Origin: Hormiphora californensis
Taxonomy: Eukaryota > Animalia > Ctenophora
Length of the DNA: 64,000 nucleotides
Assembly: GCA_020137815.1 (NCBI GenBank)
Contig: CM035350.1
Coordinates: 8,990,001 to 9,054,000 of the forward strand
Direction: 5' to 3'
Positions within the stretch are counted from its first letter, which is position 1, and every line of letters begins with the position of its first letter. The position numbers and the translations under genes are program-made. Positions 41,392 to 57,500 of the stretch are shown one piece after another. The notes below the pieces were generated by a model that was given only the letters and a program-made list of their open reading frames with translations, searched no databases and had not been told where the DNA came from.

Positions 41392-42078
41392 ATGGCCCAG
41401 TCAGAAGAGATCCTGGAGAGACTGCTGAACAAGATAACACGTGCTGAAACACGTGACCATGTGATAACACTAATATACTCCCTGCCCATCACGTGTAGCG
41501 TTCTCATGGCAACTGCCCGGGCACTACACTCCATGGCAACCCGGAGGAAATTCATCCCCCTACACGAGTTTGTCATCGTTGTCCTGGCAATAGCGTGCCT
41601 TCTTGTCATCACCACCCCAACCGCATTCGTGGTGACCAAGTCGGCCCTGCTGCGACCTAAACCATACTGCGGGGCAGTCTGGGAACCACCGATCCGAGCT
41701 AAACAAGACACAAAATTCTACGTTTTGAACACGGGGAAGCCGCTAAAAGGAGGGTGGATCCTGACACACCTACCCCAGGACCCGGACACTAGAGTGGCAA
41801 GTGAGGGGTGTCTGACGGGTGTCATGGTAACTGAGGGTGTCCTAGAAAGCCGGGAAGTGGTCCAGACTAGCTACTCCAGCGAGTACACCCAACGGAATGT
41901 GACTGTTGGGAATTCGGGTGCAATGTCATTTTCCAGGGGCAAATTTCATTTTGTTTCGGATTGTCTTGACGTGGAGAGGGCAGTTCAGGGAGTGATGGGA
42001 AGGTGGAGTCCTATAAGTTGTACTACGGGATACATTCACAGTGACCAACTGAGCTTCACCCAGTCAGAGGACACGTGA
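41392..42078 (+). CDS. Uncharacterised intronless ORF with 1-2 predicted membrane segments, 228 aa
   Basis: Long non-repetitive ATG ORF with hydrophobic stretch FVIVVLAIACLLVITTPTAFVV, several Cys/Trp, and AATAAA just downstream (~42094). No family recognised. Confidence 0.5.
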   Translation: MAQSEEILERLLNKITRAETRDHVITLIYSLPITCSVLMATARALHSMATRRKFIPLHEFVIVVLAIACLLVITTPTAFVVTKSALLRPKPYCGAVWEPPIRAKQDTKFYVLNTGKPLKGGWILTHLPQDPDTRVASEGCLTGVMVTEGVLESREVVQTSYSSEYTQRNVTVGNSGAMSFSRGKFHFVSDCLDVERAVQGVMGRWSPISCTTGYIHSDQLSFTQSEDT

Positions 42079-42358
42079 TGTTTGGACGTTACACAATAAA
42101 TTGTGCAGGAATCGATTTGTTGAGTCGACCCTGTCAGGCCAATGCTCTGACCACAATTCTCGCGCGAGAGAAGCGAGAATGGGTCAGGCCAATGCTCTGA
42201 CAGAGTCGACCCCTTACTTAATTTTAACAAGAACCGATATTCGTGAGATATTTTGTTGAGTAACAATGATTGAACAATTGAGACAGTACGGGCGAGTAGT
42301 AGGGACGATGTCGATAGTATCAGGTCAGATCTAGTATTGGGGGTGAACTGCTAAAGTA

Positions 42359-42730
42359 GGTAGGCGGTAAATGTTAACCAGATCTGTGAGAATTTCGCAC
42401 GTTTTTGGCCATAGCTCAGCCATTTCTTGACCAATTTTCAAAATCTTTGGCTCATTGGAAAGAGGACATTGAGATCTCTCAAATGAGCTCAAGAAAATGA
42501 AAATTGGCGCAAATTGCGCGGCGTGGTGGCGAAAACGCGCATTTTGCGCCATGACGCCGCGCATTTTGCGCCGATTTTAGTTTTATTGGGCTCATTTGAA
42601 AGAGCTCAATGTCCTCTTTCCAACGCGCCCAAAATTTTGCAAATTGGTCAAGAAATGACTGAGTTATGGACAAAAACGTGGTTTTGCACGTACGTTTTCT
42701 CTCAAATCTGGTTAACATTTACCGCCTACC
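42359..42730. mobile_element. Foldback MULE-type MITE with 9-bp TSD
   Basis: Long imperfect palindrome GGTAGGCGGTAAATGTTAACCAGAT...ATCTGGTTAACATTTACCGCCTACC flanked by GCTAAAGTA at 42350-42358 and 42731-42739. Confidence 0.88.
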
Positions 42731-43060
42731 GCTAAAGTATGGTACTTGTCGCCGCCGGGCGACAAATATAAAAACTGAATCCCCCTGCCTGTACTAACCT
42801 TGATCGTGACCAGTTCCAGGGTGTTAATTTCTTGCATTTCGATTCAGTTTCGGTGTGTCAAGTAGTGTGTTTAGGACCATGCGTGATCTTGTTTTAATCA
42901 ACAAGCGTGATCAGCTTCTGACATATGAACTAGAGTAATGAGAGAGAAATATAATGGGGTTAAATGAAAATTCAAATGAATATTAAATCTGAAAGAGAGT
43001 TTGAGACTGAGATAAACACTGTTTATCTCAAACTCAAACTGTTGATGAAACAGTTTATAT

Positions 43061-43660
43061 CTGTCTGGCGGCGCCAGACCTTGGTGATGCAATCACCTCT
43101 CAGCCCGCTTCGCGGGCTTCGTTTTCGCGCGAGTTGTAAGGGTGACTGCGTCACCAACGCCAGACCCCGATTTGATACTTAAATCAATGGGGTTCACGGC
43201 ACCAGACATGTTTATATCAACGGTCTTAAACTGTTTATTATGTTGCAGAGAGAGTTCAGACTGCTTTACCACTGTTAACTGTAAATATGTATGAAGAGTC
43301 AACTAGCAGTTTTATATGAAGAGTGACTAGCAGTTTTATTCGGTAGACTTAGTTGTCGAGATGTATATATGATCTAGAGAGAGAGTTGCTTTGATAATAT
43401 TTATTGAGGGTTTACTAGTTTGGAGAGTGGTTCAACTTGTTAACCATCGGTAGAGATTTAAGAGATCTCAGAGCATTGGTCTAGCTGACTCTTCATATAC
43501 ATTCACAGTGGTAAACTGTCCGGTGGAGTCAGACAGCTGCAGAGCAGTTCTCGTTCAACTAGGTAGAGACTTCAGAGATAAGAGTACTTGGTGAGCTGTC
43601 TGGCGCCGCGACCCAACTGAGCGCACTGAGAATCAAATGGGGTATGGCGCCGCCATACAG
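43061..43660. mobile_element. Putative TIR element whose right end is also present at ~1143-1209
   Basis: Left CTGTCTGGCGGCGCCAGACC versus right GGTATGGCGCCGCCATACAG (imperfect inverted repeat); TGAGCGCACTG...GGGGTATGGCGCCGCCATACAG is shared with 1170-1209. Confidence 0.5.
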
Positions 43661-44360
43661 TTGGTGAGAGAGACAGCTCTGATCACAATATACTGGGGAA
43701 GCTTGGGGAGTTGTTGCAAGAACAATGGATTTATAAAGTTTTAAATAAGTTTTAGCATACATAATATTTACATTTTTAAAATATCAATAAACTAATTGTC
43801 CATTTACTTGTTATAAAAAATGAAATTTAAAAGCTTAAAAACTCCGCAAACAGCAAAGTCCTATTCAGTCATCTCAGTGTCAGGCTGTTCTCTCAATTCC
43901 GATCTAAAAGAGCCTCTATTCCGCTTTTCACAATTGTGATAGTTGAGGCTACTTCTTCACATCTTGTACGACTTGCATCACAATGAACCTGAAGTGAAAG
44001 AGTTTAGTTATTGTTATGCAATGATAAGAGACATTCATAAAACTTTCTAGAACCCATTTTGACAAATTACACGCATGATCCTTTCTCACCTTCTCACGAC
44101 TTGCGTCACAATTCCATTTGTCAAAATATAATGCAACATATAGCGCCCTATTAATTGCCCCATCAATGTGTTACAGCAACAGCGTTTTATCTTCCAGCTT
44201 CCTATAGGGAAATTTAGTCAGTTGTGAACGCGGGAAAAGAAAGGTATGGGGTAAAAGGAGGGGTAAAAGGAGGGATAAAAACGACTTGAATACTCATAGC
44301 ACGATTTGAAAGATCAAAGCTACAAAGAAACACATATTCATACTGCACTCTCATCTCTCA

Positions 44361-45156
44361 CTACCAAGTCTCTATCTTCCCCAGTGCCACCCGTCTCTTT
44401 GTAACAGGGGTGGTATACTGATGGATTATAAAGCTCATCCCGCCCTCCTTCTCCCTCCACTGTTGAACAAGGAGGGTCTTACCCTCCACCGCCCCCTCTT
44501 TATACTCAATATCCACCCTCTTTATCCTCTCTCCGGTCACCAGATCCATGCCACACGAGGCGGCTGAGTCTAGCATATAGTCCATGTAAACAGGGTGCCC
44601 GACATGGTTATTGAAATCTATATCGGATGCCCGAACTGTCAGGTAGCTCCAGGATACCCCAGTCCAGGGGACCCTAGTGGATAGGGAGAAGCGGATAGGG
44701 GTTGGAACAAGAGCCGTGTTTCTCCACAAACACAGGTGGCAGGGAGGTTGGTTTGCCCGTCTCCAGAGAGATATAAACCATCTTTCGGACTAGAGTGGCA
44801 ACCAAAACACCGTTAACCCTCCACCTGATGGACAGATCGAAGGAGGTCCGGCCGGTGTGAGAGTTGAATGCCTCCGCCTCCAGTTTATACAACTCCGTAG
44901 TCCAAGGGGCGGTATACAGAGCCTCCTCCAGTTCTAACCTGATGTTTCGCATGAAAATAGTCCGCCGTTTACTGATCTCAAACTCTCCGTAGTCGCTGAA
45001 ATTGCTAAGCCGGATAATCTCGGCTAGCTCCTGACCCCACTGGAGAAATACCCGGGGGTTGACATACCCCGATCTACCCAGGTACATCCCGCAGGGCAGC
45101 TCACACTTATACATAGACCCATCCTCAGACACATTGGCTGGAGCCGTGGAGGACAT
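44361..45156 (-). CDS. Intronless double-hotdog acyl-ACP/acyl-CoA thioesterase-like protein (one frameshift near 44715)
   Basis: First hotdog GYVNP...TGRTSF...VYISLETGKPTSLP; second hotdog VRASDIDFNNHV...YMDY...IEYK. The two overlapping ORFs join by a single frameshift. Confidence 0.78.
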
Positions 45157-46118
45157 CTCAAGATGGGAGCCGGGAGGAGGTAACTTGCGGGATCGGATCA
45201 GTCACACAATTGAGATAGAGAGAGAGAGCAGTGCAGAACGAGAAAGGCTGCAAGAATGTGTGTACTGGTAGTGTATAACATTGCAGGTGGGCAATATGAA
45301 TGTGCGTGGGCAGTGTGATATTCTCTATCCCTGGCTTACTGCTAACCTGTCGAGTGTCTTCTTTCTCTTTCTCCCTCCCTCTCTGTCTCCATCCCTATCT
45401 CTTTCTCTGTCTATCTCTCTCTCTCTCTCTCTCTCTGTCTGACATTTTCCATCTCATTCTTTCCCTTCAAGATTGTGTCTAGTGAACTGCACTCACCTTA
45501 TATATATAATTCTGGTATCTCATCAGCTCGCTGTGACACCTCATTTGTTCTCTCTCCTCCTCCTCATGAATAGTCACACCATATGCAGGGGGGGGGGGTC
45601 CTGCATGGCCTAGGTGTATTTCATCATCCACTCAGGTTAAATTTGGCATAAAATACACCCCGCCAATCCTTGTTGAGTAACATTCCTGCCATTCCTGCTA
45701 AACGGGAGATTGGATATTGGAGAGAGAGATTTTACAGAGAGATTGGAGCCTCCAATGAGGGAATCCGTGACAAGGTGTCAATGTGGGTGGCAAATTGATT
45801 TAATTGCTCAACCCCTACTCAAAGATAGCGGGACAGAGAGGGGTTAACTGTTAAAGAGAGCGAATAACAGTTTTTTAATAATTTTTTAACTGTTTGATAA
45901 ACGAAATAAGTATTTACATTTCACAACAGGTTACACACATGCACGCATTAGTCATGCTAAAGTCTAAACAAAATATATAAACTCTCACTGTAACTGGTAA
46001 CACAAGCATAAACATGATATAATACAAAACCCTCTACACGAAAAATACATCACAAATAGGTTATCCCATTTAGTTAGCAGGTTAGGTCCCAGAAGCTCAG
46101 GCAGTCATAAATTAATTA

Positions 46119-49100
46119 CTACTGTTCCAGTCCCTCCAAGTCGAGCTGTTGCATTTTATTATGCAACTGTTCCAGTTTCTCACTCTTCCTCTGCTCGTTC
46201 ATGGTGATGATGGTATACAGGTGTTCCTCTAACGCCTCCTTTTGTTCAACGCAATGGTGAAGCTCCAGTTTAGATGCAACATACTCCCGTTCCGCTTCTT
46301 CGTGGCGCCTTCTATATCAGAGAAGGGGAGGGTTAGAGTTGGTATAGTTGCTCGGGAAGGGGAAGTTCTTGAGAAGATTGATTACGAGCTACAAAGTATG
46401 TAGTAAATATTATAGAAATTCAACGGTTGTCAGTTTAGCACAACTTCACGTGTCGAATCATTTATAGTGTCTGAAATGACTGATAACAGACAAATTAATC
46501 AAATATCTCTACTAAACTAATAGAGAGGGAAATTGCGAGATACAGAGATAAATATTTAAACTAACCTGGCTTCGCTGTACCGCATATTACACCTATCAAT
46601 CCTATCTCGTAACAGTGATATGTCACATGACAGCTCCCTCTCAATCGATGTCACCTCAGTCTGCATCGTTTGTAACAACTTGGCCTGTTCAGCGGTCCTG
46701 TTAAACCGCTCCGAGAGAGTGGCCTTCAGTGCCTTCTGTCTCTCCCTGTTCTGTCTCTCAAGCGTGATCTGCTTCTGCTGTAGGGTTTCAATCTTCGTCC
46801 TGCGTGGGAGAGAGAGGGATATATCATGGGGTCGGATAATTAATCAAAAGAGAGCTTTTGCTCCTTCGCTGCATGAAAAAGTGCAATTACTCATCAATCC
46901 AATTCATCTGAACCATATATCTAAATACAGGGAGGGGGGGGGGGGGTAGTCCGGGGAGGTAAGACATACTTTGGTGGCTCAGGCTGAAGATCCCCCTCAT
47001 GATCGTCGCTTGCAAAGGGGTTCACATCATCATCATGAATATTTTCAGTTGAATCTTGCCCGGCAGGAGTTTCTGGAGGGAGAGGAAGCTGTCATAGGGG
47101 GATTGGGAGAGAGAAAGAGGGATTGGGGGATAGAAAGAGGGATTGGGAGATAGAAAGGGGGATTGGGAGAGAGAAAGAGGGATTGGGTGAGATAGAAGAG
47201 GGATTGGGAGAGAGAAAGAGGGATTGGGAGAGAGAAAGAGGGATTGGGAGAGAGGAAGAGGGATTGGGAGAGAGGAAGAGGGATTGAGAGAGAGAAAGAG
47301 GGATTGAGAGAGAGGAAGAGGGATTGGGAGGTAGAAAGAGGGATTGGGAGAGAGAAAGAGGGATTGGGAGAGAGAAAGAGGGATTGGGAGATAGAAAGAG
47401 GGATTGGGAGAGAGGAAGATACCACATGCCTGGTTATGAGGCTATGACATACAGGGTGTTCATTTTGGATCTTTACAAGCGTTGGGCTTCACCCAGAAAA
47501 AAGTTGACAAGATTAGGTCATGAAACTTCATACTTGGACTATTCTATACCCTCATTCAAGGTTCCTGGGGGTTTTGGAGCTTTAGGACCCCGGGAAGTGT
47601 GTTTTTGGCATCAAAACTACCAGAAGGAATTTTTTGCTGGTGCTGAGACTTTGCTAAAATGTTTTTTGGGTAGTTTCTATGTCAATCCTAAAGTTTCATA
47701 GAGATTGGATATGTTTTTCAGACTCAAAATTTGGTAAAAAGTGGCTGGAAAGACTCAATTTTAGCCGTTTTCGAGCCTTTCCAGCCACTTTTATTGAAAT
47801 TTTGAGTCTGAAAACACGTCCAATCTCTCTATAAAACTTTAGGATTGACATAGAAACTACCCAAAAAACATTTGGGGGGGGGGGGACATGTTAATTATGT
47901 TAACTTTGTTAATATTAACATCGAGAAAACAAGTGATTTATTAACAAATTAACAAAAAGTTAACAAACGTTAAAAAATGCCATTTATGTCATCTAAATCC
48001 CCTTTAGCACGTATTTTTAGTATTTAACACTTGTTCTGCGAGCAAAGTTGTTCATTCTGTACGATTTACATACCCCTACTACCTCTATTACAGCTTTTCT
48101 ACAGCGATTTATTCCATTTTGTAAATGTTAATAAATACTAGCCAAACTAAACCGCAATTGAAGTCAAATGACACTAATCCACATTTTCGCATCCTAAAAA
48201 CTAAATAAGACTCATGAATTTACCTTAAAACGAAAAATATCCCAAAAATCAATTTTTCTAAAAAAAACACAAGGATTTGTAGCGAAGCAAATTTTCAATC
48301 CTTGACCAAAAAATTGATTTTGGGAAAATTTTATTTCTTTTTTCAACAGAAACGTTGTACATCATCTTATTACGTCCAAAGAATCGATTACCAATTTAAA
48401 AATTACGTTAGAGTGAGATTTTATACGCTAAATTGAAATATTTGTAACTTTTGGAATTTTTTCGATTTTGAGCCAAAAAACCTGTATGTCGGACTTTGGT
48501 TATCGGAAAAGGCCTTGTTTGGGTATATATGTGTTAGATATTCATTAAACTATAAAATTAAACCAGTTAAAGTCGTATTATTAACCAATAAGAACAGTCT
48601 TTTAGCATTTGTTAATTTTGTTAATTTTGTTAATTAACGTTAATTAACAAAATCGAAAAAAGAGGTGATTTATTAACAATTAAAATGTCCCCCCCCCAAA
48701 CATTTTAGCAAAGTCTCAGCACCAGCAAAAAATTCCTTCTGGTAGTTTTGATACCAAAAACACACTTCCCGGGGTGCTAGAGCTCCAAAACCCCAGGAAC
48801 CTTGAATGAGGGTATAGAATAGTCCAAGTATGAAGTTTCATAACCTGATCTTGTCAACTTTTTTCTGGGTGAAGGCCAAGACCTGTAAAGATCCAAAATG
48901 AACACCCAGTATGAGAATATATTCTCAAAAGTCAAATCTCAACTATTATAGGATAACTCTTTGCGGGCGGTCGACGTCACGAGGTCTAAAAATACTGGAA
49001 AAAAATACGTACCAGTTTTTGCTTTTGATTCAACATCAGACCGAATCATCACAGGTTTTTCCACCGGTACTGTCTTCTCTTCTCCTTCCTGGAGTTCTAC

Positions 49101-49440
49101 AGTACCCTCCCCATTACCCCCATCCTTCCCAGCCCCTGCTACAGAAGTCCCTATAACTGTAGGGGTTTCTGACCCCATAACGGCACCAGCTGCTGCAGCA
49201 GAAGTGGGTTGTTTCTGGACAACTACAAGTTTGCTCCTAACGGTACCTTGCCCCTGGTTCGTTTTTCTCTTCTGCTCCCCGATCTGACCCCGTATCTGGC
49301 CATGAGACGATGTGGGTTTGGGGGAGGGGTGGCCATGAGACGATGTGGGTTTGGGGGAGGGTTTCGTGGTTTTCAGGCGGCCTAGTTCCTCATCAGTAAA
49401 CCCAATACCATCCATCCCCAGCAGTTACAATTGAGGGCAT
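46119..49440 (-). CDS. GORAB: RAB6-interacting golgin
   Basis: Exons ~49440-49013, 47072-46970, 46799-46566, 46311-46119. GFTDEELGRLK matches GORAB GFSEEELRRLK; DISLLRDRIDR, AEREYVASKLEL, LEEHLYTIITMNEQRKSEKLEQL match the GORAB coiled coil. ATG 49440 restores the conserved W (WIGF) if one base is removed; otherwise ATG 49415. Confidence 0.9.
47097..47418. repeat. 20-bp minisatellite (GGATTGGGAGAGAGAAAGAG)n
   Basis: About 16 tandem copies in GORAB intron 1. Confidence 0.95.
47452..48909. mobile_element. Tc1/mariner-type foldback MITE with long TIRs, host of a nested insertion
   Basis: CAGGGTGTTCATTTTGGATCTTTACA...TGTAAAGATCCAAAATGAACACCCAG flanked by TA; related copy at 56659-57184. Confidence 0.9.
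47874..48697. mobile_element. Nested non-autonomous element with poly-G TIRs and 8-bp TSD
   Basis: Ends G(n)ACATGTTAAT and ATTAAAATGTC(n); AAACATTT duplicated at 47866-47873 and 48698-48705. The empty site CCCAAAAAACATTTTAGC is visible in the 56659 copy. Confidence 0.9.
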
Positions 49441-49734
49441 TGTGACGTCATAGTTTGAGCTATAAATAGGATTGGAATGTTAGTAAAGCAGTGTGTTGGA
49501 TCGATGAAAAGTCTGAACTGTTTATACTCTGTTGTAACAGCAGAGTTAATGGGGGGTAATCTGGGTATAAGAATTATTGGATATCTCTCTTATTACAATG
49601 TAACGCAATTAATAAAATACGGACAAACATGGCCCTGTGCAGTGGTAACCATGGTAACCATTTCAGTAACCTTGGTAACCAACAGCCTCCCGTAGTAATA
49701 ACAACAAAACACAACATGTGCTCCCAAATAACTT

Positions 49735-52448
<2,714 letters not shown>

Positions 52449-52898
52449 GCCGCTACTAGATGAGAGAGAGAGGGTGAGGTAATCAGATTCTAGAACGGGA
52501 AGAACTAGATTTGGTAGGTCAATGAACACCCAAAATCATGCATGATAGATAGAGGGAGGTAATAAGATTCTAGAACGGGAAGATGTCAGAGTGCAAGGGG
52601 GGAGAGGTAATCAGAGTTTTTTATAAGAGGAGGTAACGGGAGTGAAGAAGGAGACTGTACTTCAGGTGGCGGGGGGTAGGGGGTTTAGAAAAATAGGGGG
52701 ATATATATGATATAGATCAACTCGTGAACAATAAAAGAACTAATATTCACAAAACATACGCAATACAAAACAACAATACTCCCTCCCAGCAGTTTATTTA
52801 AGCCCGTTTTTGCAGAGTCCCCCATTTACTCTCATCGTTCAAAACAATGTCTCACAGATCTGCTTCCTTCAAAACAATGTCGCCCATGTCTGCTTCCT

Positions 52899-54188
52899 TC
52901 AAAACAATGTCTCCCAATTACTCTTATCATTAGGTACTAGGTTGCCCGTTATCAGTAGAATTATATCAATTATCCACCAGATGCCCAACCCGCCGATTGT
53001 CAGCATTTTACCTACCCCAATACCCGTCCAGCCGAGACAAAACCTGTCCACGCCTAGAATACCAACTGATGGGAGACATATGAAGTGTTACCATGGTTAC
53101 TGTTTGGGTAACAATGACAACTGTTAGTGTAGCTAAGGTAACTGTTTGGGTAACAATGACAACTGTTAGGACGGTTGCTATGGTAACACTGTTAACACTT
53201 ACGGAGAAGTGAGAAGATGAGGGTAGTTTGGAAATAGTGACCGGTATACTTGACACACGGTTTGGTGAAGGATGATAGGAAGACTTTCTCACTCGCTCTA
53301 TCCTCTATCCTTCTATCTTTCACTGGGTTCATATCTGAAAAACAGAGTACATAGATTATGTCACTCCTCTCTGAAAGCTGGAAAGAAGTAGCCCACACTG
53401 CATTATGTGAGGGTTCGGTAGATCAAGGTGTGCTCCCCTATAATAATGAGGAGGATCGCAAGGTGTTCCCATTCGTTGTAAGTTCTAAAACGTATTCTAA
53501 AGAACTTCGAGATTTTCGAGGGTAAAAACATCATATATAGATATTACATAATGCATAAATATATGACTACATGGCTAAGTAACCACATTACTCACATATC
53601 TAGCTATTTCAAAATATGACATACCTAAAGGGTCGTAGTAGCAAGAGTAATCCTCCAGTGCAGCGCACACTACACGGGTCTGTTTCACATCATCGTATGA
53701 TTCTCCACCCATTTCTAGGCACCCGTAACCTAATGAGAGAGTCGTTATATTAGCAACATATCAGCAAAATGATATCTTCATGACATGTTTACACTTTTAC
53801 CTTTCTGATTTCAGAAGTTGTTCTTATCCACCGCCATATAAAACTGACCCCCATCCCCCACTTTATACTGACCCCATATGATCTCCAAAATGGGGTTCTC
53901 TCTCCCCCCCCCCCCCCGTGGTAGTTGGGTGGTACCCTTCGTGGGGTGACTCTGCTTCCAAGCTGCGCCCCCCTCCAACTATTTACCGTATTTCTCCTTG
54001 AACTCAATGGCAGCAGTATCATTGTACAGACTCGCCAGATCCAGGACATCCTCACATTTCAACAAGTACTCGGGTAGCTCGGAACAGTTCTTACAGATGC
54101 TCCACACGGTGGCGGGTGGGGCTCCACTGCAATCAGCGAGGATCAATCCAGGCAGCAGGAGTGAGAGGAGGAGGAGTAAGGGGGTCAT
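52899..54188 (-). CDS. TM2D2: TM2 domain-containing protein, 201 aa, 4 exons
   Basis: Exons 54188-53987, 53729-53625, 53334-53203, 53065-52899 in frame. Signal peptide; [53 protein letters not shown]. Confidence 0.92.
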
Positions 54189-54575
54189 CTAGTCATAGTT
54201 CGCTACAGGAAATAGCGTGGTTAAAAGGTTTAGGAGAGGATAATGGTTATAAGGTTTAGGTACGGCATTTTTGGTAGGTTACATTTAGGCGTTTATAGGG
54301 TTTAGGTACAGCAGGAAGTAGCTAGTAGGTTATATTTAGGGGCTTGTAGGGTGTAGTATTTAGGGGCTTATAGGGTGTAGGGGGGCCGGGGAGGGGGGGT
54401 GTTAGTAACGACAACTAAGGCTGGTTAGTAGAATTTAACTGAAATAAATAAACTTAAAAGAAAATGTACACGGATAAAGTAGAGTTTTTAAATTAAAATA
54501 AATCTCTGAACAAGTACACATGTATTCGTGTCCAGAGAAAACAAAACGGATAAGAACTGTTACTCGGAGAGATTG

Positions 54576-57500
54576 TTACTGGGGGTTTGTACCTTGATCA
54601 GGTCTCTCTGGACTGTCTTGTAACTCTGGGGAAGTGATCCGGGCTTTATCGCACAGATCCGACCACACATTTCGATGTTTGGCGATTGGTGGGGGATCAA
54701 GAGATGGGTCCTCTGGAATGGATCGTTTTACTCCAACTACCGCTGCAGAGGGGCTCGTTGTCTTTGGACTGGACTGTCGTGTTAGTATTGGGCTCGAAGA
54801 CTTTGGACTGGACTGTCGAGTTAGAATTGGGCTTGATGATTTTGGACTGGACTGTCGTGTTAGTATTGGGCTCGAAGACTTTGGACTGGACTGTCGTGTT
54901 AGAATTGGGCTCTCACGGCTGGGACTGATCGGTTTCGGTGGAGGGGTTGATCTTTTTGGGGGTGTCGATGACGGTTCCTCACTTTCAGGTTTCGTGTTTG
55001 TCTGTAAAGGAGATTCAGGAGGTAATATTGGCTCTTGTTCAGCGTGTTCCGGGTATTCGGGGGTGTCCTGGTCTAGTGTTTCAGGTGCTGCTACTGAAGG
55101 TCCTTCTGTTGCAGGCTGATCTATCGGTTCTTCAAGTTTCGGTTCTTCAGGTTTCAGAGTAAAACTGATTTCACTTCCACTTGCCTCACCCGATCCTGAC
55201 CGATTCCTCTCCAACAATTCAAACAAATTCCTAGTCTCCTCCTTCGTCTCCTCCTCATCCTCCTTCTCGAGAGAGGGTGTTATGTCAGGCGGAGGAGGGG
55301 TCGAGGAAGGGGTACTACCCGTGCTGCGTTCCCTGTTACGACGTTTCACGTAGTAGGCAAAGGATTTGATATCATTTGACCAGGGGAGGGTGAAATCTCT
55401 GGGAATAGAGAGAGTGTTATGTGTCATGGTTATGTGTCATCTATAATACCTATGAAAGCAGCACTTTCAAAATGTACACAAAATAAACAAAACACTAAAA
55501 CAGGGGGTTGAATCCCCTAGACCTACGTTTGTTTTAGCATCGGTAGAGGACATCTGAAGGCGGAAATAACTTGCTGTTCACATTTCTCTAGTGCTAACGG
55601 GTGTGCTGAAACAGAGGGGTAATGTCAGCCGGCATCATTCCAAATAACACAATGACAGTCTCATATCTTACATGGTTCAGTACAGAAGAGAGGTTTGGAT
55701 TTGGGACTCTTCCTCCCCTGTTTCTTTCTCTTCTTCTGCGTGTTCCGTTGCTCCAGTCTGGCCCTCATCTTATCACACCGCCTGAGAGTGAAAAGGGCGG
55801 GTGTTGATAAAAAATGTCCAATGGTCCATGCGGGGTCGTGCCGCGCGCAAGCCCCAATCCAGGGCTCGCACGGTCGCGTTTCATAGTAAGGAGGTCGCGG
55901 CGCGCTCCGTACATGACACCTCTATTGTTGTGCCCGGAGTCTGTGCCACACTTGTACACACACACACACTTGTAGAATTCTACTCACTTCATCATTCGTA
56001 TCTCGGCTGCCTCCGCTTTCCTGTGTCTCTTCAGGTACTGCTGGTCGTCTGCATTCTAGGTTTTAGGAGGAGAAAGTTAGTGTGCATATTGGGATGTAAT
56101 TGAAATGTAAAAGAAAGTTGAAACTGTATCAGGTGTATAATTGAAGGTAAATGTGATATATGATATCAGTTTACCGCCCCCATTTACCTCTTCACATTTT
56201 CCCTGTGCTGCCTGCTCTTGTTCCTCGGCACGCAGGGCTTCAATCGTTATCTCTCGGAAGGTAGGCACTGGAAGAGAGAGGGGGGTTGTCATGACTGTAA
56301 TGTCGTTCATGCTGCGGTTCAGAGAGGGTAGTCTTTTGTGGAAAAAATAGTCAAAAGAGGGGGTAATTACAGGGAACAATAACCAATATCACTGTACTGG
56401 CTAGCGCCATAACAACACTGAAAGTTACTGTTTCTCACCTTCAATAGAACAGCTATAATCCCTCTTGTCCTGCTGCAGTGTAGGTAGTGGGTCAGTTATT
56501 GCGGTGACCATCCACTCTAGGACATCCTTGTGCACTGTGGGTGGGGGTGGTGGGGATCTGGGAGTGGCATCGGATAGTTCACTACACTTCCTGTACCGGC
56601 CACCCAGACACAAATTGATTGGAACTGCAGGGGAGTAGGAGAGATTTAGAGAGCTATACAGGGTGTTCATATGGGATCTTTACAAGCGTTGGGCTTCACC
56701 CAGAAAAAAGTTGATAAAATTAACTTATGAAACTTCATACTTGGACTATTCTATACCCTCATTCAAGGTTCCTGGGGGTTTTGGAGCTCTAGCAGCCCCG
56801 GAAGTGTGTTTTTGGCATCAAAACTACCAGAAGGAATTTTCTGCTGGTGCTGAGACTTTGCTAAAATGTTTTTTGGGTATTTTCTATGTCAATCCCAAAT
56901 TTTCATGGAGATTGGATGTGTTTTTCGGACTCAAAATTTCGTAAAAAGTTGCTGGAAAGACTCAATTTTTGCCGTTTTTGAGCCGTTTTCGAGCCTTTCC
57001 AGCCACTTTTATCGAAATTTTGAGTCCGAAAAACACATCCAATCTCCATGAAAATTTGGGATTGACATAGAAAATACCCAAAAAACATTTTAGCAAAGTC
57101 TCAGCACCAGCAGAAAATTCCTTCTGGTAGTTTTGATGCCAAAAACACACTTCCGGGGCTGCTAGAGCTCCAAAACCCCCAGGATGTATGGGGATGAGGA
57201 TTAAGAAAGTTAGAAATTATGGTGGGGCAGGTTTTAACATGTTTCAATAGATTAGCAATTATGTAATTAATAGATCAGATCAACTTACCTTGTCTGCACT
57301 GAGTTGGGGAGTATCTTGAGGCAGGTTTCCGTTTTCTCTTCCCCAGCACCTCTTCAGACACAGAGGTATCAGCAGGTGTAGTAGCGGGTGTCACGGAGGT
57401 GATATCATCACCACCAGCTGGTGTGGTGACAACAGGTGTTCCATCAGGTGTTAGTGTAGTACCTGGTTCTAGTGGAGCAGCAGCAGTAACAGTAGCGTCC

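Noticed and set aside
47324-47701. ORFs within the CAGGGTG foldback elements (also 56663-57150) as transposase
   Set aside because: Short, no DDE/D or HTH motifs; the elements are non-autonomous.
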